Source of the DNA: Candidatus Rhodoferax randersensis
Lineage (GTDB): Bacteria; Pseudomonadota; Gammaproteobacteria; Burkholderiales; Burkholderiaceae_C
Assembly (NCBI GenBank): GCA_016718155.1
Contig: JADKEH010000041.1
Coordinates: 16,512-80,511, forward strand
DNA length: 64,000 nucleotides
Direction: 5' to 3'
Part shown: positions 51,279 through 59,976 of the stretch, piece by piece
Numbering within the stretch: the first letter of the stretch is position 1
Layout: each line of letters begins with the position of its first letter
Made by a program: the position numbers and the translations under genes
Notes under the pieces: generated by a model
The model's input: the letters and a program-made list of their open reading frames with translations, nothing else
What the model was told of the DNA's origin: nothing
The model's database searches: none

Positions 51279-51668
51279 TCACAAGTCACCCTCCGGTTTG
51301 GCACGCCCCAACAGACCCTGCAGCAGCGGCGGCAACTCGGCCGTCAGGTCGCTCTTGCCGATGTAGGCGAGGGCGCCCAGCCCGTTGGCCGCCGCGCGGT
51401 AGTCGGGACCGTCGTGCATGGACACGAAGACAATGCGGGGCCGGTCTTTCCAATCGAGCATGGCGCGCGCCACCTCCAGCCCGTTCATCGAGGGCATGGC
51501 CACGTCGAGCAGCATCAGGTCCGGGTGCAGTTGGCGCGCCAGGCGCAGCGCCTCACGTCCGCCACTTGCCTGGCCAACCACCTCCACCTCGGGAAACCCG
51601 CCCAGCAGGTTGAGCACGGCCGCCAGGTAGGTGGCGTTGTCGTCCACCAGCAGGATTTTGAGCGTCAT
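51279..51668 (-). CDS. Single-domain (CheY-like) response regulator
   Basis: 129 aa from the ATG at 51668. MTLKILLVDDNATYL…, PDLMLLDVAMPSMNG, …YIGKSD…. The upstream part of the longer ORF lies in a REP cluster. Confidence 0.8.
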   Translation of the reverse strand: MTLKILLVDDNATYLAAVLNLLGGFPEVEVVGQASGGREALRLARQLHPDLMLLDVAMPSMNGLEVARAMLDWKDRPRIVFVSMHDGPDYRAAANGLGALAYIGKSDLTAELPPLLQGLLGRAKPEGDL

Positions 51669-51791
51669 GGCGGAGTTGGGGCGGGCAAGCATGGCCCACT
51701 GTAGGCCGCCGTGCCCGTCAGCGGTATCGGGGCGATACCTGAGGACTGGGTGGGGAAATACCTGAGCGATGGCGCGCACGGCGTCAGTAGA

Positions 51792-52084
51792 CATGGATTG
51801 CCACGTCGGCTGCGCCTCCTCGCAATGACGAATCCACGGTCATCGCGCGACACCTCATCCCGTCATCGCGCATTCCCTACCCCGTCATCGCGCATCCCTC
51901 ACCCCGTCATCGCGAGGCCGCAGGCCGTGGCGATCCACGGCCCCTGAATGCATGGATTGCCACGCTGCGCTCGCAATGACGGCGGGTGGATTGCCACGTC
52001 GGCTGCGCCTCCTCGCAATGACGGCCTTTGGGCGCTCGCAATGACGGGAAGTGCGTCATCGCGAGCGACGCGCGGCGATCCATG
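51792..52084. repeat. REP-like palindromic repeat cluster 6
   Basis: CATGGATTGCCACGTCGGCTGCGCCTCCTCGCAATGACG (twice), CGTCATCGCGAGGCCGCAGGCCGTGGCGATCCA, CGTCATCGCGAGCGACGCGCGGCGATCCATG and others. Confidence 0.9.
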
Positions 52085-52093
52085 CTGGGGCGC

Positions 52094-52747
52094 TCAGGTC
52101 TCGGCGGAAATCAGCCCGGTGCGCAGGGCGTAGCGGACTAGGCCGGTTACTTCGTGGATGTCGAGTTGCTTCATGACTTGGCTGCGGTGGGTGTCGACGG
52201 TTTTTACCGACAGCCCCAGCATTCGCGCGATCTCTTTGGTGCTGTGGCCCTGGGCCACTTTTTGCAGCACCTCGATTTGGCGCGGCGTCAGCGCCGGGGG
52301 TGCGCTGGCGTCGCCGCGCAGACGCTGCACGTAGTCGCTCAGCACCCCTTTGGAGAGCGCCGGGCTGAGCCAGGTTTCGCCGCGCTGCACGGCGGCCAGC
52401 GCGGCTTGCAGTTCTTGCGGCGCGGCGTCTTTGAGCAAGTAGCCGCGTGCGCCGTGGCGCAGTGCCTCGCGCACATATTCCTCGTTCTGGTGCATCGACA
52501 AAATCACCACGCGCGTGGCAGGCCAGGCCTTGGTCAGTTGGGCGGTGGCTTGCAGCCCGTTGAGCCCGGGCATGGCAATGTCCATCAGCACCAGGTCGGG
52601 CTGCAGTTGCGCCACCAGCGCCAGCAGCGCAAGACCGTCATCGACCTCGCCCACCACCTCAACATCGGGCAGGGCTTCAAGCAGCTTGCGCAGGCCCGCG
52701 CGCACCAGCGTGTGGTCGTCGGCCAGAATCACGCGCAGCGCCGTCAT
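52094..52747 (-). CDS. NarL/FixJ-family response regulator (REC + LuxR-type HTH)
   Basis: 217 aa. LRVILADDHTLVRAGL…PDLVLMDIAMPGLNG… and C-terminal LTPRQIEVLQKVAQGHSTKEIARMLGLSVKTVDTHRSQVM. Confidence 0.92.
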   Translation of the reverse strand: MTALRVILADDHTLVRAGLRKLLEALPDVEVVGEVDDGLALLALVAQLQPDLVLMDIAMPGLNGLQATAQLTKAWPATRVVILSMHQNEEYVREALRHGARGYLLKDAAPQELQAALAAVQRGETWLSPALSKGVLSDYVQRLRGDASAPPALTPRQIEVLQKVAQGHSTKEIARMLGLSVKTVDTHRSQVMKQLDIHEVTGLVRYALRTGLISAET

Positions 52748-53802
52748 GGTGCCACTTCGGGCAGGCGCAGTGGGCAGCGCAAGCGCAGCAGGCAGCCCTG
52801 GCCGGGTGCGGATTCGATCTGCAACGCGCCACCAATCAAGGCCGCACGCTCCTGCATGCCCAGCAGGCCCATGCCGTCGCCGACGTGGGCACCGGCCTGC
52901 CGGGCGATGGGGTCAAAGCCGACGCCGTCGTCTTGCACACACAGCAGCAGGTGGCTGGCGCCGTCGTGCTGCACCTCCACCTGCACCTCCACCTGCACCT
53001 GCTTGGCCTGCGCGTAGCGCGCCACATTGGTCAGCGCCTCTTGCACGATGCGAAAGCAGGCGGTCTCAATCTCACCGGCCAGGCGTTCGGGCGCCGGTTC
53101 GCATTGAAAGTGGAAAACAAAGCCGCTGCGCGCCGCCGCCTGTTCGCCCAGCCAGCGCAGCGCCGGTACCAGCCCCAGGTCGTCCAGCAACGCGGGCCGC
53201 AGCGCCATGGCGATGCGGCGCACCTGCTGCAAAGCGTCGTCAACAATGCGCAAGTTCTCGGCGGTGAGCGTTGCGCCCGGCTCGCTCCGGTCTTGTAGCT
53301 GCAAATTGATCTTGATGGCGGTCAGTGCCTGGCCCAGCTCGTCGTGCAGCTCCATGGCCACGCGGCGGCGTTCGGCCTCTTGCGCCGCCAGCACGCGCGC
53401 CGACAGCGCCTGCAACTGCTGCGCGTGGTCACGCAGCGCGGCTTGGGCGCGCAGGCGCTCGGTGGCATCCCGAATGATCATGCTCGACTGAGGCTGCCCG
53501 TTGGCGCCGTCGAAGTTGGAAGTGCTGACCTCACCCACAAATCGCTCGCCGTTTTGGCGCAGCAGAGTCAGCTCGCCCACAAACTGGCCAGTGCGCCGGC
53601 GTTGTTCCAGCGCCAGGTTCAGCCGGGGGTCGGCGCTATCGACTACGCCCATGCGCCCGATGCGTTGGATTTCTTCCTCACTGCGCCCGAACATGCGGCA
53701 GGCGGCCGGGTTGGCCGCCAGTATGCGGCCGTCCGGGACGGTGAGCAGGATGGCATCGAGCGAGGCTTTGACCAGTGCATGGTAGCGTCTCGCTCGATCG
53801 CG
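52744..53802 (-). CDS. PAS / HisKA_3 sensor histidine kinase, C-terminal part (gene interrupted by homopolymer block E)
   Basis: …RYHALVKASLDAILLTVPDGRILAANPAACRMFGRSEEE… (PAS), H-box AQEAERRRVAMELHDELGQALTAI, and ATPase N/G boxes (…QEALTNVARYA…, …VQDDGVGF…, …GMGLLGMQERA…). Stop overlaps the response-regulator start. Confidence 0.85.
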   Translation of the reverse strand, partial: RDRARRYHALVKASLDAILLTVPDGRILAANPAACRMFGRSEEEIQRIGRMGVVDSADPRLNLALEQRRRTGQFVGELTLLRQNGERFVGEVSTSNFDGANGQPQSSMIIRDATERLRAQAALRDHAQQLQALSARVLAAQEAERRRVAMELHDELGQALTAIKINLQLQDRSEPGATLTAENLRIVDDALQQVRRIAMALRPALLDDLGLVPALRWLGEQAAARSGFVFHFQCEPAPERLAGEIETACFRIVQEALTNVARYAQAKQVQVEVQVEVQHDGASHLLLCVQDDGVGFDPIARQAGAHVGDGMGLLGMQERAALIGGALQIESAPGQGCLLRLRCPLRLPEVAP

Positions 53803-54000
53803 GAGGGGCGGGCGCCCGGGCCCGGGCCGGGAGCCGGGGGGGGGCCCACGGCCCACCGGGGGGGCTCGGCCAGGGGGGGGGCGGGCAAGAACAGGGGGCG
53901 GGGGCGGGGGGGGGGGGGGGGGGGCCCCGGGGGGAACGGGGGAAGGGGGGGAGGGGCGAGCGCGGGGGCCCCGGGGGGGGGGGGGGGCGGGGGGGGGGGG
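53803..54000. repeat. Low-complexity G/C homopolymer block E (inside a kinase gene)
   Basis: GGAGGGGCGGGCGCCCGGGCCCGGGCCGGGAGCCGGGGGGGGGCCC…GGGG… About 200 bp. The flanking coding frames do not join across it. Confidence 0.9.
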
Positions 54001-54613
54001 TGCGTTGCCCCACTCCCCTGCGGTCGGCCTGGGCGTGTTTGAGAGCGCTGATGTCACTCAGCGCCAGGCGCAGGTTGGCGGCGCCATTGGCCTCCGTGGC
54101 CGCGCTGGCACGTACCTGAACCCACACTGTCGCACCGTGTTGCGTGACCAGGCGCAATTCACACGGCGCAAGATCGTCACCTGCTAACGAATGCTTGCAA
54201 TACAGGTAGAAAGCTTCTTGATCAGTGCGCGAAACAAAGCGGTGGAACAGCCGCTGCAGCAAGGCGCTGCGGACGCAGCCCAACAGCGCGGCCGCCGCCA
54301 GGTTGGCCTGCAAAATGAGCCCCTTGGCGCTGAGGGTGCAATAGCCCACCGGGGCCAGGTCGTACAGCTCAAAGTAGCGGTCGCGCGAGGCTTCGAGCTC
54401 GCATTGCGCGTTGCGCAACTCCTCGTTTTGCATCTCCAGTTGGATCTGGTGCACCCGCAGCTCGTGCAGGGCTTGGCGCACTTGCTGCGGGTCGATGGCG
54501 TCGGGGTTGCGCTGCAGTTGCGCGTCTTGGGCCAAAACCAGCTGCTCAGCCAGCCGCCGCAAAGCCGGCACGCCATGGTCGGCTGGCTTGGATCGCGGGG
54601 CGCGCTCAGTCAT
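54001..54613 (-). CDS. Same sensor kinase, N-terminal PAS part
   Basis: ATG at 54613. …LHELRVHQIQLEMQNEELRNAQCELEASRDRYFELYDLAPVGYCTLSAKGLILQANLAAAALLG… is the common coiled-coil + PAS N-terminus. Ends …LALSDISALKHAQAD at the block. Confidence 0.8.
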
Positions 54614-54663
54614 GGCCCGTATTGTGCGCCCGGCGGGGGGTGTTTTGGCGATGCGCCAGCGCT

Positions 54664-54780
54664 TCGTCATCGCGATGCGCCTACGCCGCCATTGCGATGC
54701 GCCCTTTCGTCATTGCGAGCGAAGCGCGGCAATCCATGACCCCTGAATACATGGATTGCTTCGCTACGCTCGCAATGACG
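54664..54780. repeat. REP-like palindromic repeat cluster 7
   Basis: TCGTCATCGCGATGCGCC…, TCGTCATTGCGAGCGAAGCGCGGCAATCCATG…CATGGATTGCTTCGCTACGCTCGCAATGACG. Confidence 0.9.
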
Positions 54781-54787
54781 GCTGCTG

Positions 54788-55072
54788 CTACAGCAACCCC
54801 TGATACAAATCGTCCCAATGGGGGTTGGAAGTCTCGATCAGGGTTAGTTTCTTGGCGCGGGAACCGGCTTTGAGCTGCTTCTCGCGGGTGATGGCGTCGA
54901 GCATGGTTGCGTGCAGCTCGTAGTAGACCAGCGTGTGCACGCTGTACTGCTGGGTGAAGCCCGCAACCAGATTGTTCTTGTGTTGCCAGACCCGCTGGAT
55001 CAGATCGGACGTCACCCCGACATACAGCGTGCCGCGCGCCTGACTGGCCATGATGTAGATGGCGGGTTGCAT
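54788..55072 (-). CDS. GIY-YIG nuclease family protein (small, stand-alone)
   Basis: 94 aa. IYIMASQARGTLYVGVTSDLIQRVWQHK… (GIY…YVG motif) and …REKQLKAGSRAKK…. Confidence 0.86.
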   Translation of the reverse strand: MQPAIYIMASQARGTLYVGVTSDLIQRVWQHKNNLVAGFTQQYSVHTLVYYELHATMLDAITREKQLKAGSRAKKLTLIETSNPHWDDLYQGLL

Positions 55073-55128
55073 GAAGTGTGGTGTGCGCGGTGGTGGGGTG
55101 CTGGGGTGAGGCGGTGCCTACTGTAAGG

Positions 55129-55353
55129 CATGGATTGCCACGTCGGCTGCGCCTCCTCGCAATGACGCGGGGTACGCGCGCAATGACGGGTAGTTCGTCA
55201 TCGCGGAGCCGTCCCACTTCGTCATCGCGAGCGAAGCGTGGCGATCCATGGCTTCTGAATGCATGGATTGCTTCGCTGCGCTCGCAATGACGGGGGTGGA
55301 TTGCCACGTCGGCTGCGCCGCCTCGCAATGACGAAAAGAGGCGCGCAATGGCG
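55129..55353. repeat. REP-like palindromic repeat cluster 8
   Basis: CATGGATTGCCACGTCGGCTGCGCCTCCTCGCAATGACG, TCGTCATCGCGAGCGAAGCGTGGCGATCCATGG…CATGGATTGCTTCGCTGCGCTCGCAATGACG, GGATTGCCACGTCGGCTGCGCCGCCTCGCAATGACG. Confidence 0.9.
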
Positions 55354-55367
55354 AACCCCGTGACACG

Positions 55368-55889
55368 CTACCGATTCGATTCGGCTGAAACGCCGGGTGC
55401 CAACTCGCCGGCCGCTTGGCAGGCGGCGTCGATCACGTTGGTGGCGATGAAGTAGCCGCCAGCGCGAAGTTCCAGCAGTAGAGGGCGGACTTCGTTGACT
55501 AGGCCTCGGCGCTTGGCTTCGACCAATATGCCGGCCGTGCCCTTGACAGGCAGACCATAAACCTCGGCGGCGAATCGCCGACCTCGGCGTTCATCAATGA
55601 CGGCCATGCACGGGCTCAGGTGTCGTGCCAGGCTGATCACTTCGGCCTCGCCCGCGTCCAGCTCCAGTATCAGCAGGGGGTCCGGAATAGGACTTACCCG
55701 AACGCGCGCCTGCCACTCGGTGCTGTGCAAAGAAGTTGCGCCGGGCTTGCCGATGCCCGCCACTGCAACCTCGTCAAAGACGGCTTGAGGAATCCAGCAC
55801 TCGGCGAAGAGGGCTGGGAGCAATTCAAGCCGCCCGAGCACGGCCAACGCCACCAACGGCCCGGCATTGATCACCGCGCGGTCAATCAT
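55368..55889 (-). CDS. PIN-like (DUF3368-type) predicted nuclease toxin
   Basis: 173 aa from the ATG at 55889. MIDRAVINAGPLVALAVLGRLELL…ELDAGEAEVISLA…AVIDERRGRRFA…GTAGILVEAKRRGL fits the DUF3368/PIN pattern. Overlaps the upstream antitoxin stop by 8 nt. Confidence 0.7.
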   Translation of the reverse strand: MIDRAVINAGPLVALAVLGRLELLPALFAECWIPQAVFDEVAVAGIGKPGATSLHSTEWQARVRVSPIPDPLLILELDAGEAEVISLARHLSPCMAVIDERRGRRFAAEVYGLPVKGTAGILVEAKRRGLVNEVRPLLLELRAGGYFIATNVIDAACQAAGELAPGVSAESNR

Positions 55890-56136
55890 TCGGTGCGAAC
55901 TCCGCGCCAAACTCGTCGTTGCTGAGTGCCGTCACTGGCGTGCCGGCCCGCCCGGCGGCGAACAGGAACTCAACCCGTCCCATGCCGCACAGTTGCCCCG
56001 CCCTGCCCGAGCTCAGGCGGCCGACCTCGAACAACTTGAGCGCAAGCATGAACTTCGCCTCAGTCGCCAGCGTCTCGGCGCTAGCGCCGGGCGACGCCAA
56101 GGCATCCAGCGGAAATTCAAGCGTGACCGTATTCAT
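55882..56136 (-). CDS. UPF0175-family antitoxin
   Basis: 84 aa from the ATG at 56136 (AGGAGG RBS). …EAKFMLALKLFEVGRLSSGRAGQLCGMGRVEFL… is the UPF0175 HTH-like core usually paired with DUF3368. Confidence 0.65.
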   Translation of the reverse strand: MNTVTLEFPLDALASPGASAETLATEAKFMLALKLFEVGRLSSGRAGQLCGMGRVEFLFAAGRAGTPVTALSNDEFGAEFAPND

Positions 56137-56230
56137 GTCTCCATCCTCCTGTAAGCCGCCTTTCGGCGCGGTGGCCCATGGTAGCGCACCATGGCCCTCA
56201 TGGTGCACACAGATGGGTTGGCGCGCCAGC

Positions 56231-56373
56231 CTGGATTGCCACGTCGGCTGCGCCTCCTCGCAATGACGGGAAGTTCGTCATTGCGAAGCCGTCCCACTTC
56301 GTCATCGCGAGCGAAGCGTGGCGATCCATGACCCCCTGCATGCATGGATTGCCGCGCTACGCTCGCAATGACG
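56231..56373. repeat. REP-like palindromic repeat cluster 9
   Basis: CTGGATTGCCACGTCGGCTGCGCCTCCTCGCAATGACG, TCGTCATCGCGAGCGAAGCGTGGCGATCCATG…CATGGATTGCCGCGCTACGCTCGCAATGACG. Overlaps the last codons of the CheB-CheR gene. Confidence 0.9.
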
Positions 56374-59300
56374 GAAGCGCGATGGCGCGCTCGGTCGTGG
56401 CGATGGCGTAGATCTGGCCGCTGGCGTCGACCAAGGCGGTGGCGGTCAGCCACACGGCAATTGTCTGGCCGGTCTTGGTGAGGCGCTGGGTCTGAAAGGG
56501 CACCAGCACTTCGGCGCGGCACAGTTGCGTCAACTCGGCCAGGGCGCTGGCCTGTAGCGCCGCCGGAACGCGCTGGCTCACGTTCAGGGCCATTGCCTCG
56601 GCCTCGCTCCAGCCGTACAGGCGCACCGCGCCGGGGTTCCAGGCCAGCGTGCGCCCGCTGAGGTCGTGCACCGTGATGGCGTCGGACGCATCCTGCACCA
56701 CTGCGGCCAGTCGGGTCCGCTCGGTGGCCATGCGCAGGGCGTCGCGTACCTTGACCATCTCGGAGATGTCGACAAACGAAATCACCACGCCTTCAATCAC
56801 GTTGTCGATCGTGCGGTAGGGCTGGATGCGCATCAGGTAAGCGTTGCCGGCCTTGGTTTGCAGCTCCACTTCTTTAGGCACCAGCGTGTCGAGCACTGCC
56901 TGCGCGTCTTCCACCAGGCGGCTGTAGCCCACCAGGTTGGGCACGATGTGGCCGACCGGGCGCCCGATGTCGCCCGCAATCAGGTTGATGATCTTGGTGA
57001 CGGCCGGGGTAAAGCGCAGGATGCACAACTGGTGGTCGACAAACACGGTGGCAATGCCGGTGCCCGCCAACAGGTTGTTCATGTCGTTGTTCACGCGGGA
57101 CAGGTCCGCCACCTTGGCTTGCAGCTCTGCGTTGACGGTGGACAGCTCTTCGTTGACCGATTGCAGCTCCTCCTTGGAGGTCTCCAGCTCTTCGTTGGTG
57201 GACTGCAATTCTTCGTTGACCGACTGCATTTCTTCGTTGGACGACTTGAGCTCTTCGTTGGAGGTTTCCAGTTCTTCGTGGGTGGATTGCAGGTACTCGT
57301 CCTTGGCCCGCAACTCCTGTTGCAGTGCCAGCACGCGGGCATCGGCCGCCGATTCGCTGTCCAAAGCAGGGGCGTTGCCGGGCGCGCCATTGGCGCTGGG
57401 TTCCAGCGGCTCGGGCGCGGCTTCCAGCAGCACCAGGTACAGGGCCGATTCCGGCGCAGTGGCGCCTGCGGTGGCGACCGGATGGATGCGCAGATTGACC
57501 CGTGTGAAGTGGCCGTTGGTCTTGACGCTCAGGCCCAGCACCTGCACCGCTTCCTGGGTGGCGGCGGCCTTGTGCAGGGCGGTGGTGAGGTCGCGGCGCA
57601 GCCCTTCACGCGCCATTTTCAGGATGTTGTTGACACCGGCCTCGCCCGCGGGCAGCTCCAGGTACAAGCCGGCGCGGCCATGCAGGTACAAAATGTCGCC
57701 CTGGCGGTTGACCAGCGCGCTGGGGGGCGCCACCTGTTGCAGCAGCGCATGCTCCATCAGCTCGCGCAGAGGCAGCTTGGCTGGCAAGCTGCTTTTGCCG
57801 GCGTCGCCCGCCAACGCGATGTCGGTCAGCGTTTGCGGTGGCAAGAACCGGCTTGGCGCCGTGCGTACAACGCCCAGCGCATCGGGCTTGCGCCGGTACA
57901 GCTTGGCCTTGCGATCGAGCGCGGCAAACAAGTCACCAAAGTCGCCCACCCCTTCCGAAGAGCCCAGGAACAGCATGCCGCCGGGCTTGAGGGCGTAGTG
58001 AAACAGGGGGATGAGCCGCTTTTGCAGATCGGCGTTCAGGTAGATCATCAGGTTGCGGCAAGTGATCAGGTCGAGCTTGGAAAACGGCGGGTCCTTGATG
58101 ACGTCCTGTTCGGAAAACACCAGCATGTCGCGGATGCCTTTGTGGATGCGGTAGCCACCGCCGTCGGGCTCAGGCGTAAAAAAGCGCGCCAGGCGCTGTG
58201 GCGTGATGTCGGCGGCAATGCCAGCCGGGTAGCGCCCGGCACGCGCCGAGGCAATCGCCCGGCTGTCGATGTCGGTGGCGAACACCTGCACGCTGTAGCT
58301 TTGCTTGAGCGCCGCAATGTGCTCGTACAGCAAGATGGCAATCGAGTACGCCTCTTCGCCGGTGGAGCAGCCCACCGACCAGACCCGCACCACCGCGCCG
58401 GGCGCTTTGTCCTTGAAGAGTTGCCCGATGGCGTGTTCTTGCAGCGCGGCAAAGGCCTCGGGGTCGCGAAAGAAGTTGGTGACACCAATCAGCAGGTCCC
58501 GAAACAGGGCGTCGACCTCGGCTGGGGTCTGCTGCAGGTATTTGACATAGCCCTCGATGCTGTCGATCTGGTGCACCGCCATGCGCCGCTCGATGCGGCG
58601 GTGAATGGTGTTGGGCTTGTACTGCGAGAAGTCATGCCCGGTCTGAGCGCGCAGCAGCACGAAAATCTTGCGGATCGCGCCCTCCAGCTTGGGCGTCGCC
58701 AGCGCGGGTGTGCGCGGCAGCTTGCCGAAGGCGTGCTCGGCATAGGTGATGAGTTGGGTCGCCATCGCGGCGGGGGGCAACTCGTAGTCCACCAGCCCGG
58801 TGGCGATGGCACTGCGCGGCATGCCGTCAAATTCGGTGCTGTCAGGGCTTTGCACCATGACCATGCCACCGGCGCCCTTGATGGCGCGCACGCCTGCGGT
58901 GCCATCGCTGGCGGTGCCCGAGAGCACGATGCCAATGGCGCGCTCGTGCTGGTCTTGCGCCAGAGAGCGAAACAAAAAGTCAACCGGCAGCCGCTGGCCG
59001 CGTGGCGCGGCGGGTTCGAGCAATTGCAGTGTGCCGTTCAAGAAAGCCATGTCGCGGTTGGGCGGAATAATGTAGGCGCAGTTGATCTGCACCACCATGC
59101 CGTCTTGCACCTCGAACACCTGCATGCGGGTGTAACGCCGGATCAGGTCGCTCAGAATGCTTTTATGGTCAGGCGCCAGGTGCTGCACCAGCACAAAGGC
59201 CATGCCGGGGTCGGCGTTGGCGGGCATGCCCGAGAAGAATGCCTCAAACGCCGCCAACCCACCGGCCGAGGCGCCGATGCCGACGATGGGGAAGCCCGTG

Positions 59301-59500
59301 TGGGTGGCTTCGGTGTCGTGGGTGTCTGCGGTGGGGAAGCCCGCGTTGGCGGCTTCGGTGGGGACGGTTTGGGTTTCGACTGCGGGGGTGGGATTGGGCT
59401 GGGCGCTGACGGCTGCGTCATCGGGGTTGGCGGGCACGGCTGCGGACTTGGCTTTAGGTTCGGTTTTTGGTTCGGCGTTGGGCGTTTTGCGCTTGGTCAT
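56357..59500 (-). CDS. CheB methylesterase - CheR methyltransferase - coiled coil - PAS fusion protein
   Basis: 1047 aa. CheB-type domain (FPIVGIGASAGGLAAFEAFF…FVLVQHLAPDH…), CheR SAM-MTase (…VWSVGCSTGEEAYSIAILL…), the heptad run EELETSNEELKSSNEEMQSVNEELQSTNEELETSKEELQSVNEEL, and two PAS domains. Confidence 0.9.
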   Translation of the reverse strand: MTKRKTPNAEPKTEPKAKSAAVPANPDDAAVSAQPNPTPAVETQTVPTEAANAGFPTADTHDTEATHTGFPIVGIGASAGGLAAFEAFFSGMPANADPGMAFVLVQHLAPDHKSILSDLIRRYTRMQVFEVQDGMVVQINCAYIIPPNRDMAFLNGTLQLLEPAAPRGQRLPVDFLFRSLAQDQHERAIGIVLSGTASDGTAGVRAIKGAGGMVMVQSPDSTEFDGMPRSAIATGLVDYELPPAAMATQLITYAEHAFGKLPRTPALATPKLEGAIRKIFVLLRAQTGHDFSQYKPNTIHRRIERRMAVHQIDSIEGYVKYLQQTPAEVDALFRDLLIGVTNFFRDPEAFAALQEHAIGQLFKDKAPGAVVRVWSVGCSTGEEAYSIAILLYEHIAALKQSYSVQVFATDIDSRAIASARAGRYPAGIAADITPQRLARFFTPEPDGGGYRIHKGIRDMLVFSEQDVIKDPPFSKLDLITCRNLMIYLNADLQKRLIPLFHYALKPGGMLFLGSSEGVGDFGDLFAALDRKAKLYRRKPDALGVVRTAPSRFLPPQTLTDIALAGDAGKSSLPAKLPLRELMEHALLQQVAPPSALVNRQGDILYLHGRAGLYLELPAGEAGVNNILKMAREGLRRDLTTALHKAAATQEAVQVLGLSVKTNGHFTRVNLRIHPVATAGATAPESALYLVLLEAAPEPLEPSANGAPGNAPALDSESAADARVLALQQELRAKDEYLQSTHEELETSNEELKSSNEEMQSVNEELQSTNEELETSKEELQSVNEELSTVNAELQAKVADLSRVNNDMNNLLAGTGIATVFVDHQLCILRFTPAVTKIINLIAGDIGRPVGHIVPNLVGYSRLVEDAQAVLDTLVPKEVELQTKAGNAYLMRIQPYRTIDNVIEGVVISFVDISEMVKVRDALRMATERTRLAAVVQDASDAITVHDLSGRTLAWNPGAVRLYGWSEAEAMALNVSQRVPAALQASALAELTQLCRAEVLVPFQTQRLTKTGQTIAVWLTATALVDASGQIYAIATTERAIALPSLRA

Positions 59501-59700
59501 GGTGGCCTCCGATTGCAGCAGCGGTTAGCCCAGGCCGACAGGTCTCGCTGAGCACCGCGCAGTGTAGCCCGGATGGCGCACCATGGAAACCTGTTTGCTA
59601 TTATTTTGATAGCTGCTTATAAGCGTCCCGCTTGCACAGAGTGCCGTTTTGGCTTGTAAATGGCAGGCGGATTGAAACAGCAGGGGGGGAGGAAAACAGC

Positions 59701-59931
59701 CTGGATTGCTTCACTGCGTTCGCAATGACGCGCCGTCGTCATCGCGAGCGAAGCGCGGCGATCCATGGCCCCGGCGTACATGGATTGCTTCACTGCGTTC
59801 GCAATGACGGGCCGTCGTCATCGCGAGGCCGCAGGCCGTGGCGATCCATGCATCTAGGGGGAATGGATTGCTTCACTGCGTTCGCAATGACGGGAGAGGT
59901 GGATACCAGCGAAGCGGCAATCGCAATGACG
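59701..59931. repeat. REP-like palindromic repeat cluster 10
   Basis: Three CTGGATTGCTTCACTGCGTTCGCAATGACG-type units alternate with CGTCATCGCGAG(C/G)…GGCGATCCATG units. Confidence 0.9.
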
Positions 59932-59976
59932 CGCCGGTGGACTACCGCGCTGGTGATCGCTTAATCCCGCGACGGG

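Noticed and set aside
50941-51282. Small ORFs inside REP clusters (e.g. 31750-32204, 50941-51282, 54681-55328, 56133-56522, 59632-59964), with peptides such as VIASEA·QSM and DCFTAFAMT.
   Set aside because: The same peptides recur in every frame and orientation because they translate the repeat units. They lack an RBS and overlap each other.
50938-52084. The REP clusters considered as a CRISPR array.
   Set aside because: Units occur in both orientations as palindromic pairs. Spacing is irregular, from a few to about 40 bp rather than uniform 30-40-bp spacers. Unit sequences vary, and no cas genes are present.
56666-59551. 961-aa + strand ORF.
   Set aside because: It is antisense to the CheB-CheR-PAS gene, whose domains are clearly recognisable. 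The mirrored coiled-coil repeat (FVGGLQ…) is a reverse-complement artefact.
50938-59931. REP-bracketed, co-oriented genes considered as an integron cassette array (REP as attC).
   Set aside because: - There is no intI/attI in the window.
- The units lack the RYYYAAC / GTTRRRY core sites.
- Clusters contain variable numbers of units.
- Several 'cassettes' are 2.5-3 kb multi-domain genes or two-gene operons with their own expression signals.
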